From assembly GCA_963782055.1 (NCBI GenBank), contig CAWAIF010000003.1, positions 2,752,001 to 2,816,000 on the forward strand: a stretch of DNA of 64,000 nucleotides, read 5' to 3'. Below are positions 39,448-50,632 of this stretch, one piece after another (position 1 is the stretch's first letter; each line of letters begins with the position of its first letter). The stretch comes from an uncultured delta proteobacterium. GTDB lineage: Bacteria > Myxococcota_A > Polyangia > Polyangiales > Polyangiaceae. The position numbers were made by a program, and so were the translations under genes. The notes beneath the pieces were generated by a model, which was given only the letters and a program-made list of their open reading frames with translations, ran no database searches and was not told the DNA's origin.

Positions 39448-40949
39448 TGTCGGTTGGGGTCGGTGCCGTTGGCGCGGACGCACGCCTTGTCGGAAGTGAG
39501 GGGCGTCCCGTTGGGGTCGACGATGATGTCGTCGTCGCACCGGGCCTCGATGGTGAACTGCCCGCCGCCGGAGAAGTAACGGACGGTGCCGGTGAATGCC
39601 TTGATGTCCTGTCCCTTGTGCTCCACGGGATCGAAGGAGGTCGCCGCGGATGCGTTGAGCTGGGCCTTGCCGCTCGTGCTGCCGTCGGACATGACGACCG
39701 AGAAGTCGCCCTGCGAGAGGAAGCCGGAGAACTCGGTGCACTCCACGTCGTTCTCGCAGTTCTTCGCGCAGGTGCCCTCGCTCGGGTCGGCGAAGTCGAT
39801 CTTGCCGCTGCCGTCCAGGTCGCAGTTGGTGGCGTCCGCGGTGGGCGAGAAGCTCGGGCCTACCGGCTTGCCCGGGCCGAAGTTCTTGCCCACGTGGATG
39901 GTGATGCCCGCGTTCCCGTCGGCGAGCAGTCGCACCAGGCCGGACTCGTACTTGAAGTAGTTGGCGTGGGTGGCGTCGTTCAGGTCCCCGATGGTGAGCA
40001 GGAACGGATCCGGCACCAGGCACGGCCGCACGGCCGGGTTGTAGTACTCGACGCTCCATGTCGGGAAGCCGAGCTCGGTGAAGCCGTAGAAGTCCGACGC
40101 GGTGCCCTGGAGCAGCCGCAGCCTGTCGCAGACGCCGATCTTGCTGGGCGACGAGAAGGTGTACGCGAAGACGCTGGCGTAGCCGCGCGCCTGCTGGTCC
40201 TGCACGTCGGTGACGTAGAAGCCGGTGGAGGCGATGCGCGTGACGACGGTGTCGAAGGCGAAGGTGTTGGTCGCGTCGTCGTAGCCGGTGTCGATGTCCA
40301 GCTGCTCCTTCGGGAAGGGGGTGGCCTGACCGCCGGAGGTGGACACGCCGCGCACGTCGGCGATGCGGGGGCGGGCGTAGTAGATGACGTCGCTCGCGCC
40401 GGCGGCGCCGGAGCCGGCGTCCTCGGTGTCGTCGACGGCGCTGAAGCAGCCCGGGTCCGCGGGGTAGTCGGTCACGCCGTCGCCGTCGTTGTCGATGCCG
40501 TCGGAGCACGCCGGCGGCGGGTCGCGCTTGGCGTCGACCGGCTCGTAGCCCAGGTCTTGCGCCCAGATGCGCACGTCGCCGTAGCCCGCGATGATGCTCA
40601 CCGGGACCTGGTCGGCCACACCGTTCGTCAGCTTGACGTCGAAGCGGCTGACCGGGTTGCCCGTCGTGTAGACCGAGCCGGGCTTGGCCACCAGGTGGAC
40701 GTAGGAGTTGAAGCCATCGTCCAGGCTGCCGTCGGAGCGGTGCATCTCGATGCGGAAGAGCACCGGGTTGGAGGGGTCGAAGTTGATGGGCAGGCGCGCG
40801 TCCGGCGCGCCGAGCGACCCGCTCTGGGTCGTGAAGACGATGTGGCGGTTGGCGATGGACTTGGGGAAGGGGCTGCTGCAGCTCGACACCGCGGCGGCGA
40901 CGACGACGCCGGCGAGCACGCCACGCGCGAGGAGGCGCCGCGCCCTCAT
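39444..40949 (-). CDS. Lipoprotein with CSDGIDNDGDG motif and OB-fold-like domains
   Basis: VSSC lipobox; VVTRIASTGFYVTD..SVFAY..CDRL..LQGT.SDFYGFTEL resembles nuclease-associated OB folds; ATGA overlaps on both sides. Confidence 0.72.
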   Translation of the reverse strand: MRARRLLARGVLAGVVVAAAVSSCSSPFPKSIANRHIVFTTQSGSLGAPDARLPINFDPSNPVLFRIEMHRSDGSLDDGFNSYVHLVAKPGSVYTTGNPVSRFDVKLTNGVADQVPVSIIAGYGDVRIWAQDLGYEPVDAKRDPPPACSDGIDNDGDGVTDYPADPGCFSAVDDTEDAGSGAAGASDVIYYARPRIADVRGVSTSGGQATPFPKEQLDIDTGYDDATNTFAFDTVVTRIASTGFYVTDVQDQQARGYASVFAYTFSSPSKIGVCDRLRLLQGTASDFYGFTELGFPTWSVEYYNPAVRPCLVPDPFLLTIGDLNDATHANYFKYESGLVRLLADGNAGITIHVGKNFGPGKPVGPSFSPTADATNCDLDGSGKIDFADPSEGTCAKNCENDVECTEFSGFLSQGDFSVVMSDGSTSGKAQLNASAATSFDPVEHKGQDIKAFTGTVRYFSGGGQFTIEARCDDDIIVDPNGTPLTSDKACVRANGTDPNRQ

Positions 40950-43339
40950 CGGCCCACCATGGTGACGCGGTTGTCGGTGACGGCGCCCAGCTTGTCGTCG
41001 GCGCACGCGACGATCTCGCAGAGCTGTCCGCCGGCGTCGCACGCGGACAGGTCGTCCTGACAGGTCTCCGACTGCGAGCCCGTGCAGCGCTGGCTGCGCA
41101 GGGCGGCGAGCTGGTCGCGGCACGTCTTGAGGACGCAGCGGCCGTCGTTGTCGCACGAGCTGGACGCGTTGCCCTGGCAGGTCATGGTGTCGCCGGAGCC
41201 GACCGGCGTGCTCGAGCCGTCGCAGTTGCAGACGTAGCCCGCGCCCGGGCCGTCGGCGCCGGTGCAGTCGGTGTCGGTGGAGCAGGCCTTGAGGCCGTCC
41301 GGGGTGCCGAAGTCCGGGTTGTACCCGCAGGGCTTGCCCCCGCGCAGGTAGTCGATGACCGCGTCGCGCTGCTGGATGTGCGTGTTCACCTGCGTGGTGT
41401 TGCGCTGCAGCACGCGGAAGCCGGAGCCGCCGCCGGCGAGGTAGTCGCTCGTCGCCAGCTCGTAGAGCCCCGTGGGCTGGATGGGCGACATGCACACGCC
41501 GGTGTCGCCGATGTTCTGCTTGGAGCAGGCCCCGGGCATCGGCTTGCCGTCGCCGTCCAGGCAGTCGGCGTCGGACGTGCACGACGTGTTGGTGAAGCCG
41601 ATGTACATGTTGTCGGCGCACGCGGTGAGGTCGCACACGTTCGTCGTGGGGTTGCACGTGCCCGCTGTCGCGCCCGGGAGGCAGTCGGAGTCCTGCGTGC
41701 ACGGCTGGCGGAAGGTGGTGCGGGCGCAGCCGTTGCAGTCCAGCCGCACGCGGGAGCCGGCGATCTGCGCCTGCGAGGTGCACCCGCGGCTCGCCGAGCG
41801 ACGCGCGATGAAGTCGTACATCTCCGCGACCTCGACGCCGGAGAGCTCCATCTTGGTGATGGCGTTGTCGAAGGGGAAGATGTTGTACATCTCCTCGACC
41901 GTGACCGGACCGGGGAGCAGGTCCTGCCGGATGCCGGTGGAGTTGGTCATGGAGAAGTCGGTCTGCACGCCGAGGCGCAGCCAGTTGGCGGTGGCGATCA
42001 TGTTGCCCAGCGGCGAGTCGCCGCCCTGCGAGGCGATGCGCTTGGCGCCCGACGGCGAGAAGCCGGCGACCGTGTTGAGGTCCGCCAGGATGGCGAGCTG
42101 GCGCTTGTAGGGCTCCAGCATCTCCTTGACCGCCGGGTCCTCCGGCACCTTGTCGGTGATGGGGAAGGGGAAGTACTGGCTGCTCACCACCTCGAACCCG
42201 TTGATCGGGTCGTAGTCGTCCGGGTTACCGGTGGGCGAGGCCTCCTTCGGCGTGTTGGACAGGATGAGGTCGATGCGCCCGACGTACTTGGCGAACGCGC
42301 CGGAGTGCGCGAGCAGGACGCGCCGCGGCTTGCAGTACCGCTTCATCTGGTACGGGTGGCCGACAGGGTCGGGGTGGTCGGCGTCGTCCGGCGGCGAGCC
42401 GTTGCGGTTCACCTGGAGGTTGGGATCGAGCACCCAGATGTAGCCGGGATCCTGCGGGTCCGCGGAGCAGTCGGGGACCTCCTCCGGCGGGTTGATGACG
42501 ATGTGGTTGTGGCTCCCGAGCCACGCGTCCACTCCCGTCGTCTCGCTGATGACGCGCTGGTCGACGTCCAGCCCCAGGTGCGAGTCGACGACGACGACGT
42601 CCACCATCGGCCGCAGGAGGTCGACGTAGAACTGCACCACCTCGGTGGAGTTGAGCGGGGTGATCCCCAGGCTGTTGGGCTGGTCGAAGATGGAGGTGAG
42701 GCTGGAGAGGTTGGCCATCCCGATGACGCCCACCTTCAGTCCGCCGGTGTTGATGACGGTGAAGGGCTGGATCACGGTGGACAGCGGAGTGCTCGTCGGC
42801 AGCGACGGGTCGGCGATGTCGTAGTTCGCCGCGAGCACGGGGAAGGTCGCCCACTTCTCGATCTGCCGCCACACGTTGAGGGGGCCGCGGTCGAACTCGT
42901 GGTTGGCCAGCACCATCACGTCCACGCCGAGCGCGGCCTGCGCGCGCATCTCCGGCTCGCCGGAGAAGAAGTTGAAGATGGGCGCGCCCTCGAAGACGTC
43001 GCCGCCGGAGATGTGGATCACCCGCTCGGAGCGGGCGCGCTCGCGGTTGATGATGTACGCCATGCGCGCCACGCCGCCCACGTTGGCCACCTGGCCGGTG
43101 GTGCCCAGGCTGAGATCGCCATCCACCTGGGTGATGAGCACGTCGTAGGGCAGCAGGCGGGAGTGGATGTCCGCGGTCTGCAGGAGCGTCAGGTGGACCT
43201 GGCAGGTCTCCCCGGGCGGGCAGGGAGTCTGTCCGGCGCCGTCTACCTTGGAGGTGCAGCTCGGCGTCGCGGCTTCCGCGATGGCGAACGCGGCCAGCGC
43301 GAAGAGGGCGGCAGACGCAGTACGTCGAAAAATGGCCAT
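40946..43339 (-). CDS. Bifunctional metallophosphatase/5'-nucleotidase with Cys-rich inserts
   Basis: ADIHS, GGD.F.G, ANHEFD, SHLG, GSHNH, DSPLGN, NSTGIRQ, IFPFDN, ATSDYLAGGGSGF. Confidence 0.9.
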   Translation of the reverse strand: MAIFRRTASAALFALAAFAIAEAATPSCTSKVDGAGQTPCPPGETCQVHLTLLQTADIHSRLLPYDVLITQVDGDLSLGTTGQVANVGGVARMAYIINRERARSERVIHISGGDVFEGAPIFNFFSGEPEMRAQAALGVDVMVLANHEFDRGPLNVWRQIEKWATFPVLAANYDIADPSLPTSTPLSTVIQPFTVINTGGLKVGVIGMANLSSLTSIFDQPNSLGITPLNSTEVVQFYVDLLRPMVDVVVVDSHLGLDVDQRVISETTGVDAWLGSHNHIVINPPEEVPDCSADPQDPGYIWVLDPNLQVNRNGSPPDDADHPDPVGHPYQMKRYCKPRRVLLAHSGAFAKYVGRIDLILSNTPKEASPTGNPDDYDPINGFEVVSSQYFPFPITDKVPEDPAVKEMLEPYKRQLAILADLNTVAGFSPSGAKRIASQGGDSPLGNMIATANWLRLGVQTDFSMTNSTGIRQDLLPGPVTVEEMYNIFPFDNAITKMELSGVEVAEMYDFIARRSASRGCTSQAQIAGSRVRLDCNGCARTTFRQPCTQDSDCLPGATAGTCNPTTNVCDLTACADNMYIGFTNTSCTSDADCLDGDGKPMPGACSKQNIGDTGVCMSPIQPTGLYELATSDYLAGGGSGFRVLQRNTTQVNTHIQQRDAVIDYLRGGKPCGYNPDFGTPDGLKACSTDTDCTGADGPGAGYVCNCDGSSTPVGSGDTMTCQGNASSSCDNDGRCVLKTCRDQLAALRSQRCTGSQSETCQDDLSACDAGGQLCEIVACADDKLGAVTDNRVTMVGR

Positions 43340-43405
43340 GGCGGGCGCGCGCACCCTACCACCGCCCCCGGCGTGGCCAAGAGGCAATTTACCAACATCG
43401 CGCCC

Positions 43406-45247
43406 TCAGCCAATCTCGCCTTCGCCGGTGCCGGTGAGCAGGTCGCGCATCCGGGGACCGAAGGTGGTCTCCAGCAGGTACTCGACGTCCTCCGTCGTCT
43501 CGCAGGCGAGCGCCTTGGCGGCGACCTCCTCGCACTCGGCGACCGTCACGCGGGCGAGGGCGGCCTTGACCTCCGGGATGGCGGCGGCCTCCATCGAGAG
43601 CTCGCGCAGGCCGAGGCCGATGAGCAGCGGGGCGGCCAGGACCTCCGAGGCCACAGCCCCGCACACCGCGACCGGGATGTCGGCGTCGGCCGCCGCCTTG
43701 GCGACACCGCGCATCAGCCGCAGGATGGAGGGGTCGAGCGGGGACGCCAGGCGGGCGAGGGAGCGGCTCGTCCGGTCCACCGCGAGCGAGTACTGGACCA
43801 GATCGTTGGTGCCGAGGCTGAAGAACTCCGCCTCCCTGGCGAAGACGTCCGCCATCACGGCTGCCGCGGGCACCTCGATCATCATGCCGATGGGAATGTG
43901 CTCGGCGCGCGCCTGGCCGCGGGCGTCCACCTCCGCCTGGGCGCGCGCCATGAGCTGCCGGACGCTCCGCATCTCGGTCAGGCTCGCCACCATCGGCACC
44001 ATGACGCGCACGTCGCCGTGAGCGCTCGCGCGGACCATGGCGCGAAGCTGCACCATGAACACCTCCGGCTGGCTGAGCGCGAGGCGCACCGCGCGCAGGC
44101 CGAGCGCCGGGTTCATCTCCGCGGGCAGCTGGAAGGAGCTGACGAACTTGTCGCCGCCGATGTCGAAGGTGCGCAGGATGACCGGGCGCGGCGCGACCGC
44201 CTCGGCGATGGCGCGGTAGACGGCGTACTGCTCCTCCTCGTCGGGGAGCGTGGCGCGGTCGACGTACAGGAACTCGGTGCGGTACAGGCCGATGCCCTCC
44301 GCGCCGTGGTCGAGCGCGAGGATCGCCTCGGCGGGCAGCTCCACGTTGGCCTTGAGGCTGACGCGAGTGCCGCACCCGGTGACGCACGGCTTGTCGCGCC
44401 CCAGCAGCAGGCCGCGGGCGAAGGCGAGGTGGCGCGCGGCGCGGGCAGAGGCGTTGGCGATCTGCTGCTCGGTGGGGTGGACGATCACCTCGCCGCGCAG
44501 GCCGTCGACGATGACGGTGTCGCCGGTGCGGATGGCGGCGAGGGCGCCCTCGGCGCCCACGACGGCGGGGATCTCCAGCGCGCGCGCCATGATGGCGGTG
44601 TGGCTGGTGCGGGTGCCGATCTCGGTGACGAAGCCGAGCGCCGGCTCCTTCACCATGCCCGCGGTGTCCGCGGGGGAGAGGTCCTTGGCGACGATGACCG
44701 CCGGGTTGTCCAGCTTGGGGATGACGCGGTCGGGCTGCCCGGCGAGCGCGCGCTGGAGGCAATCCGCCACGAACTCCACGTCGTGCCGGCGCTCGCCGAT
44801 GTAGCCGTCCGCCTCCCCGCCGGGCGCGCCGAACAGGCCGGCAATCTCCTCGGCCGCGTCGGCGATGGCCCACTCCGCGCACTTCTTCTCCTCCCGGATG
44901 CGGCGCTCGATGAGCTCGTGGAGCATCGGGTCGCCCATCATCAGGAGGTAGGCCTCCAGGATGGCGTTCTGGTCGTGAGCGCCGCCCTTCGCCATGCGGT
45001 TGCCCACCTCGCGGAGGCTCTCCTGCGCCTTGGCGACGGCCGCGTGGACGCGCGCAATCTCCCCGGAGATTTGCGCCGAGTGCACGTGGCGCTTGGCGTA
45101 GCTCCCGCGCCCGTCGCCCAGCACCAGGGCGGGCCCCACGGCGACGCCCGGCGAGCCGGCGATGCCGCTGAAGGCAATCGTCGGCTCCGCCGCGTCGAGG
45201 GTGCTCGACGAGGGCGGCGGCATCGGCTTGTCGGGTGTGCCGGCCAT
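43406..45247 (-). CDS. ptsI: PTS enzyme I (no GAF domain)
   Basis: GIAGSPG, TSHTAIMAR (phospho-His), GIGLYRTEFL, RTFDIGGDK, EMNPALGLRA, MIEVPAA, GTNDLVQY. Confidence 0.95.
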   Translation of the reverse strand: MAGTPDKPMPPPSSSTLDAAEPTIAFSGIAGSPGVAVGPALVLGDGRGSYAKRHVHSAQISGEIARVHAAVAKAQESLREVGNRMAKGGAHDQNAILEAYLLMMGDPMLHELIERRIREEKKCAEWAIADAAEEIAGLFGAPGGEADGYIGERRHDVEFVADCLQRALAGQPDRVIPKLDNPAVIVAKDLSPADTAGMVKEPALGFVTEIGTRTSHTAIMARALEIPAVVGAEGALAAIRTGDTVIVDGLRGEVIVHPTEQQIANASARAARHLAFARGLLLGRDKPCVTGCGTRVSLKANVELPAEAILALDHGAEGIGLYRTEFLYVDRATLPDEEEQYAVYRAIAEAVAPRPVILRTFDIGGDKFVSSFQLPAEMNPALGLRAVRLALSQPEVFMVQLRAMVRASAHGDVRVMVPMVASLTEMRSVRQLMARAQAEVDARGQARAEHIPIGMMIEVPAAAVMADVFAREAEFFSLGTNDLVQYSLAVDRTSRSLARLASPLDPSILRLMRGVAKAAADADIPVAVCGAVASEVLAAPLLIGLGLRELSMEAAAIPEVKAALARVTVAECEEVAAKALACETTEDVEYLLETTFGPRMRDLLTGTGEGEIG

Positions 45248-45522
45248 CACTGCGCCTCGCCGAACTTGCCGGCGATGAGCTCGCCGATCGACTGCACGCA
45301 CTCCGCCGCGCGCTCGCCGCGCGCGCGGATCTCCACCTCGGTGCCCTTGGAGCCGCAGAGCAGCAGCACGCCCATCACGCTCTTGGCGTTGGCGATCTGG
45401 TCGCCTCGCGAGATGTCCACCTCGCAAGGGTAGCGCGAAGCGAGCTGGACGAGCTTGGTCGCCGCACGGGCATGGAGCCCCAGCTGGTTGACGATGATGA
45501 ATTTCCCGGTCGCCTCGTTCAC
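45247..45522 (-). CDS. ptsH: Phosphocarrier protein HPr/NPr
   Basis: GLHARAA (His15) and NAKSVMG (Ser46). Confidence 0.95.
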   Translation of the reverse strand: MNEATGKFIIVNQLGLHARAATKLVQLASRYPCEVDISRGDQIANAKSVMGVLLLCGSKGTEVEIRARGERAAECVQSIGELIAGKFGEAQ

Positions 45523-46450
45523 GACTTTCCCCCTTCGGCCCCGCGCTCCACGTCCCGGTGCACGACGGCCACGTCGCCGCCCAGGCGGCGCGCCAGCTCG
45601 TCCGCCACCACCACCGACCGGTGCCTGCCTCCCGTGCAGCCGATGGCGATGGTCAGGTAGCTTTTTCCCTCGGTCTCGTACTTGGGCATCATGAAGGTCA
45701 GGAGGTCCTGCGTCTTGGCCAGCAGCTCGACCGTCTCGGGGAGGTCCAGGACGAAGCGCGTCACGCGCGCGTCGGTCCCCGGAAGCGGCTTGAGCTCCGG
45801 CACGAAGAAGGGGTTGCGGAGGAAGCGCACGTCCAGCACGAGGTCGGCGTCCACCGGCGTGCCGTACTTGAAGCCGAAGGACACGATGCGCGTGGCCATG
45901 CGAGGCGCCCCGCCGGAGGCGGGACCGAAGTGCCCGATGATGGTGCGGCGCAGGTCGTGGACGGACAGGCGCGTGGTGTCGATGACGTAGTCGGCCGTGG
46001 CGCGGAGCGGTGCGAGGCGCTCGCGCTCCAGCGTCACGCCGTCCAGCACGGCGACCGCGCCCTCGCTGCCGGCGCCGCGCGCGCGCAGGTCCGCGGCCTG
46101 GCGCGCGAGCGGGTGCGGCCGCCTCGTCTCACCGAAGCGCCGCAGGAGCGCCTCGTCGGAGGCGTCGAGGAAGAGCACCTGCAGCGCCCCGGCCGCCCCG
46201 AGCTGGGAGAGCACCGTGGTCACCTCGCCCAGGAACTCGCGCACCCGCACGTCCATCCCGAGCGCGACGCGCGTGATGCCGCCGCGCTGGCACACCGCCA
46301 CGGCCTCCGGCGCCATGACCGTGGGCAGGTTGTCGATGCAGAAGAAGCCGAGATCCTCCAGCGTGTGCAGCGCGGTGGACTTCCCCGCGCCGGAGAGGCC
46401 GGTCACCACGATGACCGAGGGTCCCGCCTCGCGCGGCTTCGCCCTGGCGC

Positions 46451-46454
<4 letters not shown>
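45519..46454 (-). CDS. rapZ: RNase adapter RapZ
   Basis: TGLSGAGKS, CIDNLP, ETRRPHPL, SFGFKYG, DVRFL.NP, GCTGGRHRSV. Confidence 0.95.
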
Positions 46455-47568
<1,114 letters not shown>

Positions 47569-47572
<4 letters not shown>

Positions 47573-48042
47573 TGCCGCTCGGTCTCCTCGGCGAGGAGGA
47601 GGCGGTAGGCGCTGCCCGCGTCCGGCGCGGCGAGCAGCCGGTCGCGGAAGGACTTGCTGCGCAGCAGGCGCGAGACGCGGGCGAGCGTCTTGAGGTGCTC
47701 GCCCGACGCCCGCTTGGGTCCGATGACGGCGACCAGGATATTGACCTTGGCGCCGTCGATCGCCTCGAACTCCACGCCCTCGGGCGCGGTGAGCAGCGCC
47801 GCCACCTGGTGGTCCAGCTCCGGCAGCGCGCCGTGGGGGATCGCCACGCCCTCCCCGATGCCGGTCGACTGGAGCTGTTCTCGCTCGAGCAGGACCCTCT
47901 CGATGGCGTCCGGAGGAAGTTTGGCGCCGCGCGCCAGCAAGTCCGCGAGCAGGTGCACCGCGCCCATCTTGTCGAGGGGCTGGGCGTCGCCGTTCGGTCT
48001 CACGGCGACGCGATCGGCGCTGAGCAGGTCAGTGAGGTTCAT
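47569..48042 (-). CDS. ptsN: PTS IIA (Ntr-type)
   Basis: EREQLQSTGIGEGVAIPH, FEAIDG, HLKTLARVSR. Confidence 0.9.
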
Positions 48043-48197
48043 TCAAGCCTCGAAGCGCGTGGTCGGGCGTCCGCACCCTCGCGTTCGGCTCGGGCCACGG
48101 ACCGGATCTCCCCCGCCGGAAGTAGTCGGCAGGGATCATCCCCCAAACTCGCCGCGCCGCAAAGCTCCGTTTGAGTTTCGAGATGGGGCGGGTGGAA

Positions 48198-48530
48198 CTA
48201 CTCCTCGCCGGACTCGTCGAGGATCAGGCGCTCGGACGCGCGCTCCTGCCCCTTCTTGGACTGCTTGGTCCCGCGGATCTGCCGCTCGAGCTTGTCGATG
48301 ACCTTGTCGATCGAGGCGTACATGTCCTCGCTCGTCTCGTGCGCGTGGTGGTGCGCGCCGCCGGAGTGGACCTCCACCTCCGCGCTGTGTTTGCGGTGCT
48401 GGCAACTGAGCGTCACCTGCGCCTTCATCGGTTGGCGGAGGAACCTCTGCAGCCTGCTCACCTTCTCGTGGGCGTAGCCCTTCACCGCGTCGGTCGCTTC
48501 CATCTGCCGAAAGGTGATCGAGATATTCAT
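48198..48530 (-). CDS. hpf: Ribosome hibernation factor HPF/RaiA (short form)
   Basis: MNISITFRQMEATDAVK.YA.EK, DMYASIDKVIDKLERQI; GGAGG SD; directly downstream of rpoN. Confidence 0.92.
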   Translation of the reverse strand: MNISITFRQMEATDAVKGYAHEKVSRLQRFLRQPMKAQVTLSCQHRKHSAEVEVHSGGAHHHAHETSEDMYASIDKVIDKLERQIRGTKQSKKGQERASERLILDESGEE

Positions 48531-48823
48531 GCTTCCTCCTGACGTCAGCGTGTCCATCCGTCCGGCGAAGCCGGGCGGTCGAGGCGCGTGGGAGCGGTTG
48601 ACGCATCAAGCTTCGGCTGCGCCTGGGCCCGGCACTCGAAGTCGGGAGCGGGAGAGCGAGGCGACCTAGCGATGGCGCGCGCGGCAGCGAGCATCAACGT
48701 CCAGGGCAAAGCATAACGCTCCGCGAGGCCGCGCCACCGAAAAAAGCGCAACCGAAGCGTTTGTTCCCCGTCACGATTCTTGCCTTGGGAGCGCGAGCAG
48801 GGGAGGGGCTTGGCGGCCGGCCG

Positions 48824-50350
48824 TCAGAAGAGCTTCTTGCGCTTGCTCGACGAGAGAATGCCCAGCATTTCCCGATACTTGGCCACGGTGCGGCGGGCAA
48901 TCTGCACGCCGTCCTGCTTGGCGAGCAGCTCGACGATGGCCTGATCGGAGAGGGGGTTGGACTTGTCCTCGCCCTCGATGATCTTCTTGATCGCCTGCTT
49001 CACGCTCTCCGAGGCGATGTCGTCCTCGGTCGCGCGGCGGATGGACGAGTTGAAGAAGTACTTCAGCTCGAAGAGGCCCTGCGGCGTGTGGACGTACTTG
49101 TTCGTCGTGACGCGGCTGATGGTCGACTCGTGCATGCCGACCGCGTCGGCGACGTCACGCAGGATCATCGGCTTGAGGAACGCGACGCCCTTGTCGAAGA
49201 ACTCGCGCTGCTTCTCCACGATGCACTCGGTCACGCGGATGATCGTCTTGCGGCGCTGCTCGATCGCCCGGATGAGCCACTGCGCGTTGCGCAGCTTCTC
49301 GCCGATGAACTCCTTGGCGCCGGGGTCCTTCAGGAGCTGCTTGGTGAGGGCCTCGTTGATGTAGAGGCGCTGCACGCCGCGGTCGTTGTCGGTGACCGCC
49401 CACTTCTCGCCGTCCTTGAGGACGTAGACGTCGGGAGTGATGGCGATGGTCTTGTCGTCGGCCTCGACGTAGTTGCGCGCCGGGCGGCTCTCCAGCTTCT
49501 GGATCTCCTTGACCGACTCGTAGATCTCCTCGACGGGCACCTTCATGTCGCGGGCGATGGCCTGGTAGTTGTGCTTCTCCAGGTTGTGCAGGTGCTTCTC
49601 GATGATCTGCAGGTCCATGTCCTCGTAGCCGAAGACCTCCGCCTGCACGTGCAGGCACTCCTGCAGGTCGCGCGAGCACGAGCCGACCGGGTCCCACTCC
49701 TGCATGATGCGGAGCACCTCCGGCGCGTCCTCCGGGTCGAGGCCGGCGTCCTCGGCGAGCTCGTCGAGGCTGATGTCCGGCGTCCGGGTGCCGTCCTCGC
49801 GCTCGGTGCCCTTGAGGTCGAGGAAGCCGTTGTCGTCCAGGTTGCCGAGCACCAGCTCGGCGAAGCGGCGCTCGGCGTCGTTGAAGTCGCTCAGCTGGAG
49901 CTGCCACTTGAGGTGATCGACCAGGCTCTCGCGCTTGGTGAGGTTCTGCTCGATGGGGGGCAGCTCCTCGAAGCCGCCCCGGCTCTGCGGCAGGGGCTGC
50001 TGCAGGGTGCGGTTCTCCAGGAACTGCTCCCAGTCGATCTCGTTGACGCGCTTCTCGTCCGCGACGCGCTGCAGCTCGTCGGCCTTGTTGCGCTCCGACA
50101 TGCGCTCGGTCAGCTCCAGGCGGCTGTCGGAGGCGGCGGACGGCGACTCTGGCTGGGCGTTGCCTTCCGGGCCGCTGCTGCGCGGCCGGGGCTCCACCTC
50201 GTCGTCGGCCAGGACCGGGTTGGCGTCGAGCTCCTTGCGGATCTCGTCGATCAGCTCGAGGCGGGAGAGCTGCAGCAGCCGGATCGCCTGCTGCAGCTGC
50301 GGCGTCATCACCAGCTGCTGACTGAGCTTGAGTTGCTGCTTGATCTCCAT
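48824..50350 (-). CDS. rpoN: RNA polymerase sigma-54 factor
   Basis: QQLVMTPQLQQAIRLLQL, HESTISRVT.NKY, ELKYFF, RpoN box ARRTVAKYRE. Confidence 0.98.
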   Translation of the reverse strand: MEIKQQLKLSQQLVMTPQLQQAIRLLQLSRLELIDEIRKELDANPVLADDEVEPRPRSSGPEGNAQPESPSAASDSRLELTERMSERNKADELQRVADEKRVNEIDWEQFLENRTLQQPLPQSRGGFEELPPIEQNLTKRESLVDHLKWQLQLSDFNDAERRFAELVLGNLDDNGFLDLKGTEREDGTRTPDISLDELAEDAGLDPEDAPEVLRIMQEWDPVGSCSRDLQECLHVQAEVFGYEDMDLQIIEKHLHNLEKHNYQAIARDMKVPVEEIYESVKEIQKLESRPARNYVEADDKTIAITPDVYVLKDGEKWAVTDNDRGVQRLYINEALTKQLLKDPGAKEFIGEKLRNAQWLIRAIEQRRKTIIRVTECIVEKQREFFDKGVAFLKPMILRDVADAVGMHESTISRVTTNKYVHTPQGLFELKYFFNSSIRRATEDDIASESVKQAIKKIIEGEDKSNPLSDQAIVELLAKQDGVQIARRTVAKYREMLGILSSSKRKKLF

Positions 50351-50425
50351 CGCTTGCGGGGGGGGGCTCGAGGTGGGGCCGCGGGACCCGAACAACAGGG
50401 TAACACCGCGAAAGGGGCCGGTCAC

Positions 50426-50441
50426 AGCGATTTCCGTGCCA
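50426..50441 (-). promoter_or_regulatory. Sigma-54 -24/-12 site upstream of rpoN itself
   Basis: TGGCACG-GAAA-TCGCT, about 75 nt upstream of the ATG. Confidence 0.65.
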
Positions 50442-50632
50442 GGCTCAGCCGAGCCGCGGAGAACGGCCCACCGCGACGTGGCGGATGATGTAGACCGATG
50501 GGTTCGGTGGGCCGTAATGGCTCCCCAAGGAGGTCCTCCGTGCGCTTGCTCCACACCCGTCCCCACGCCGAACCCGGCAGCCTCGCCACCCGCCCGCTGC
50601 GGGAGCCGGCTCGCTCGCCCGAGGGGGCGCAA

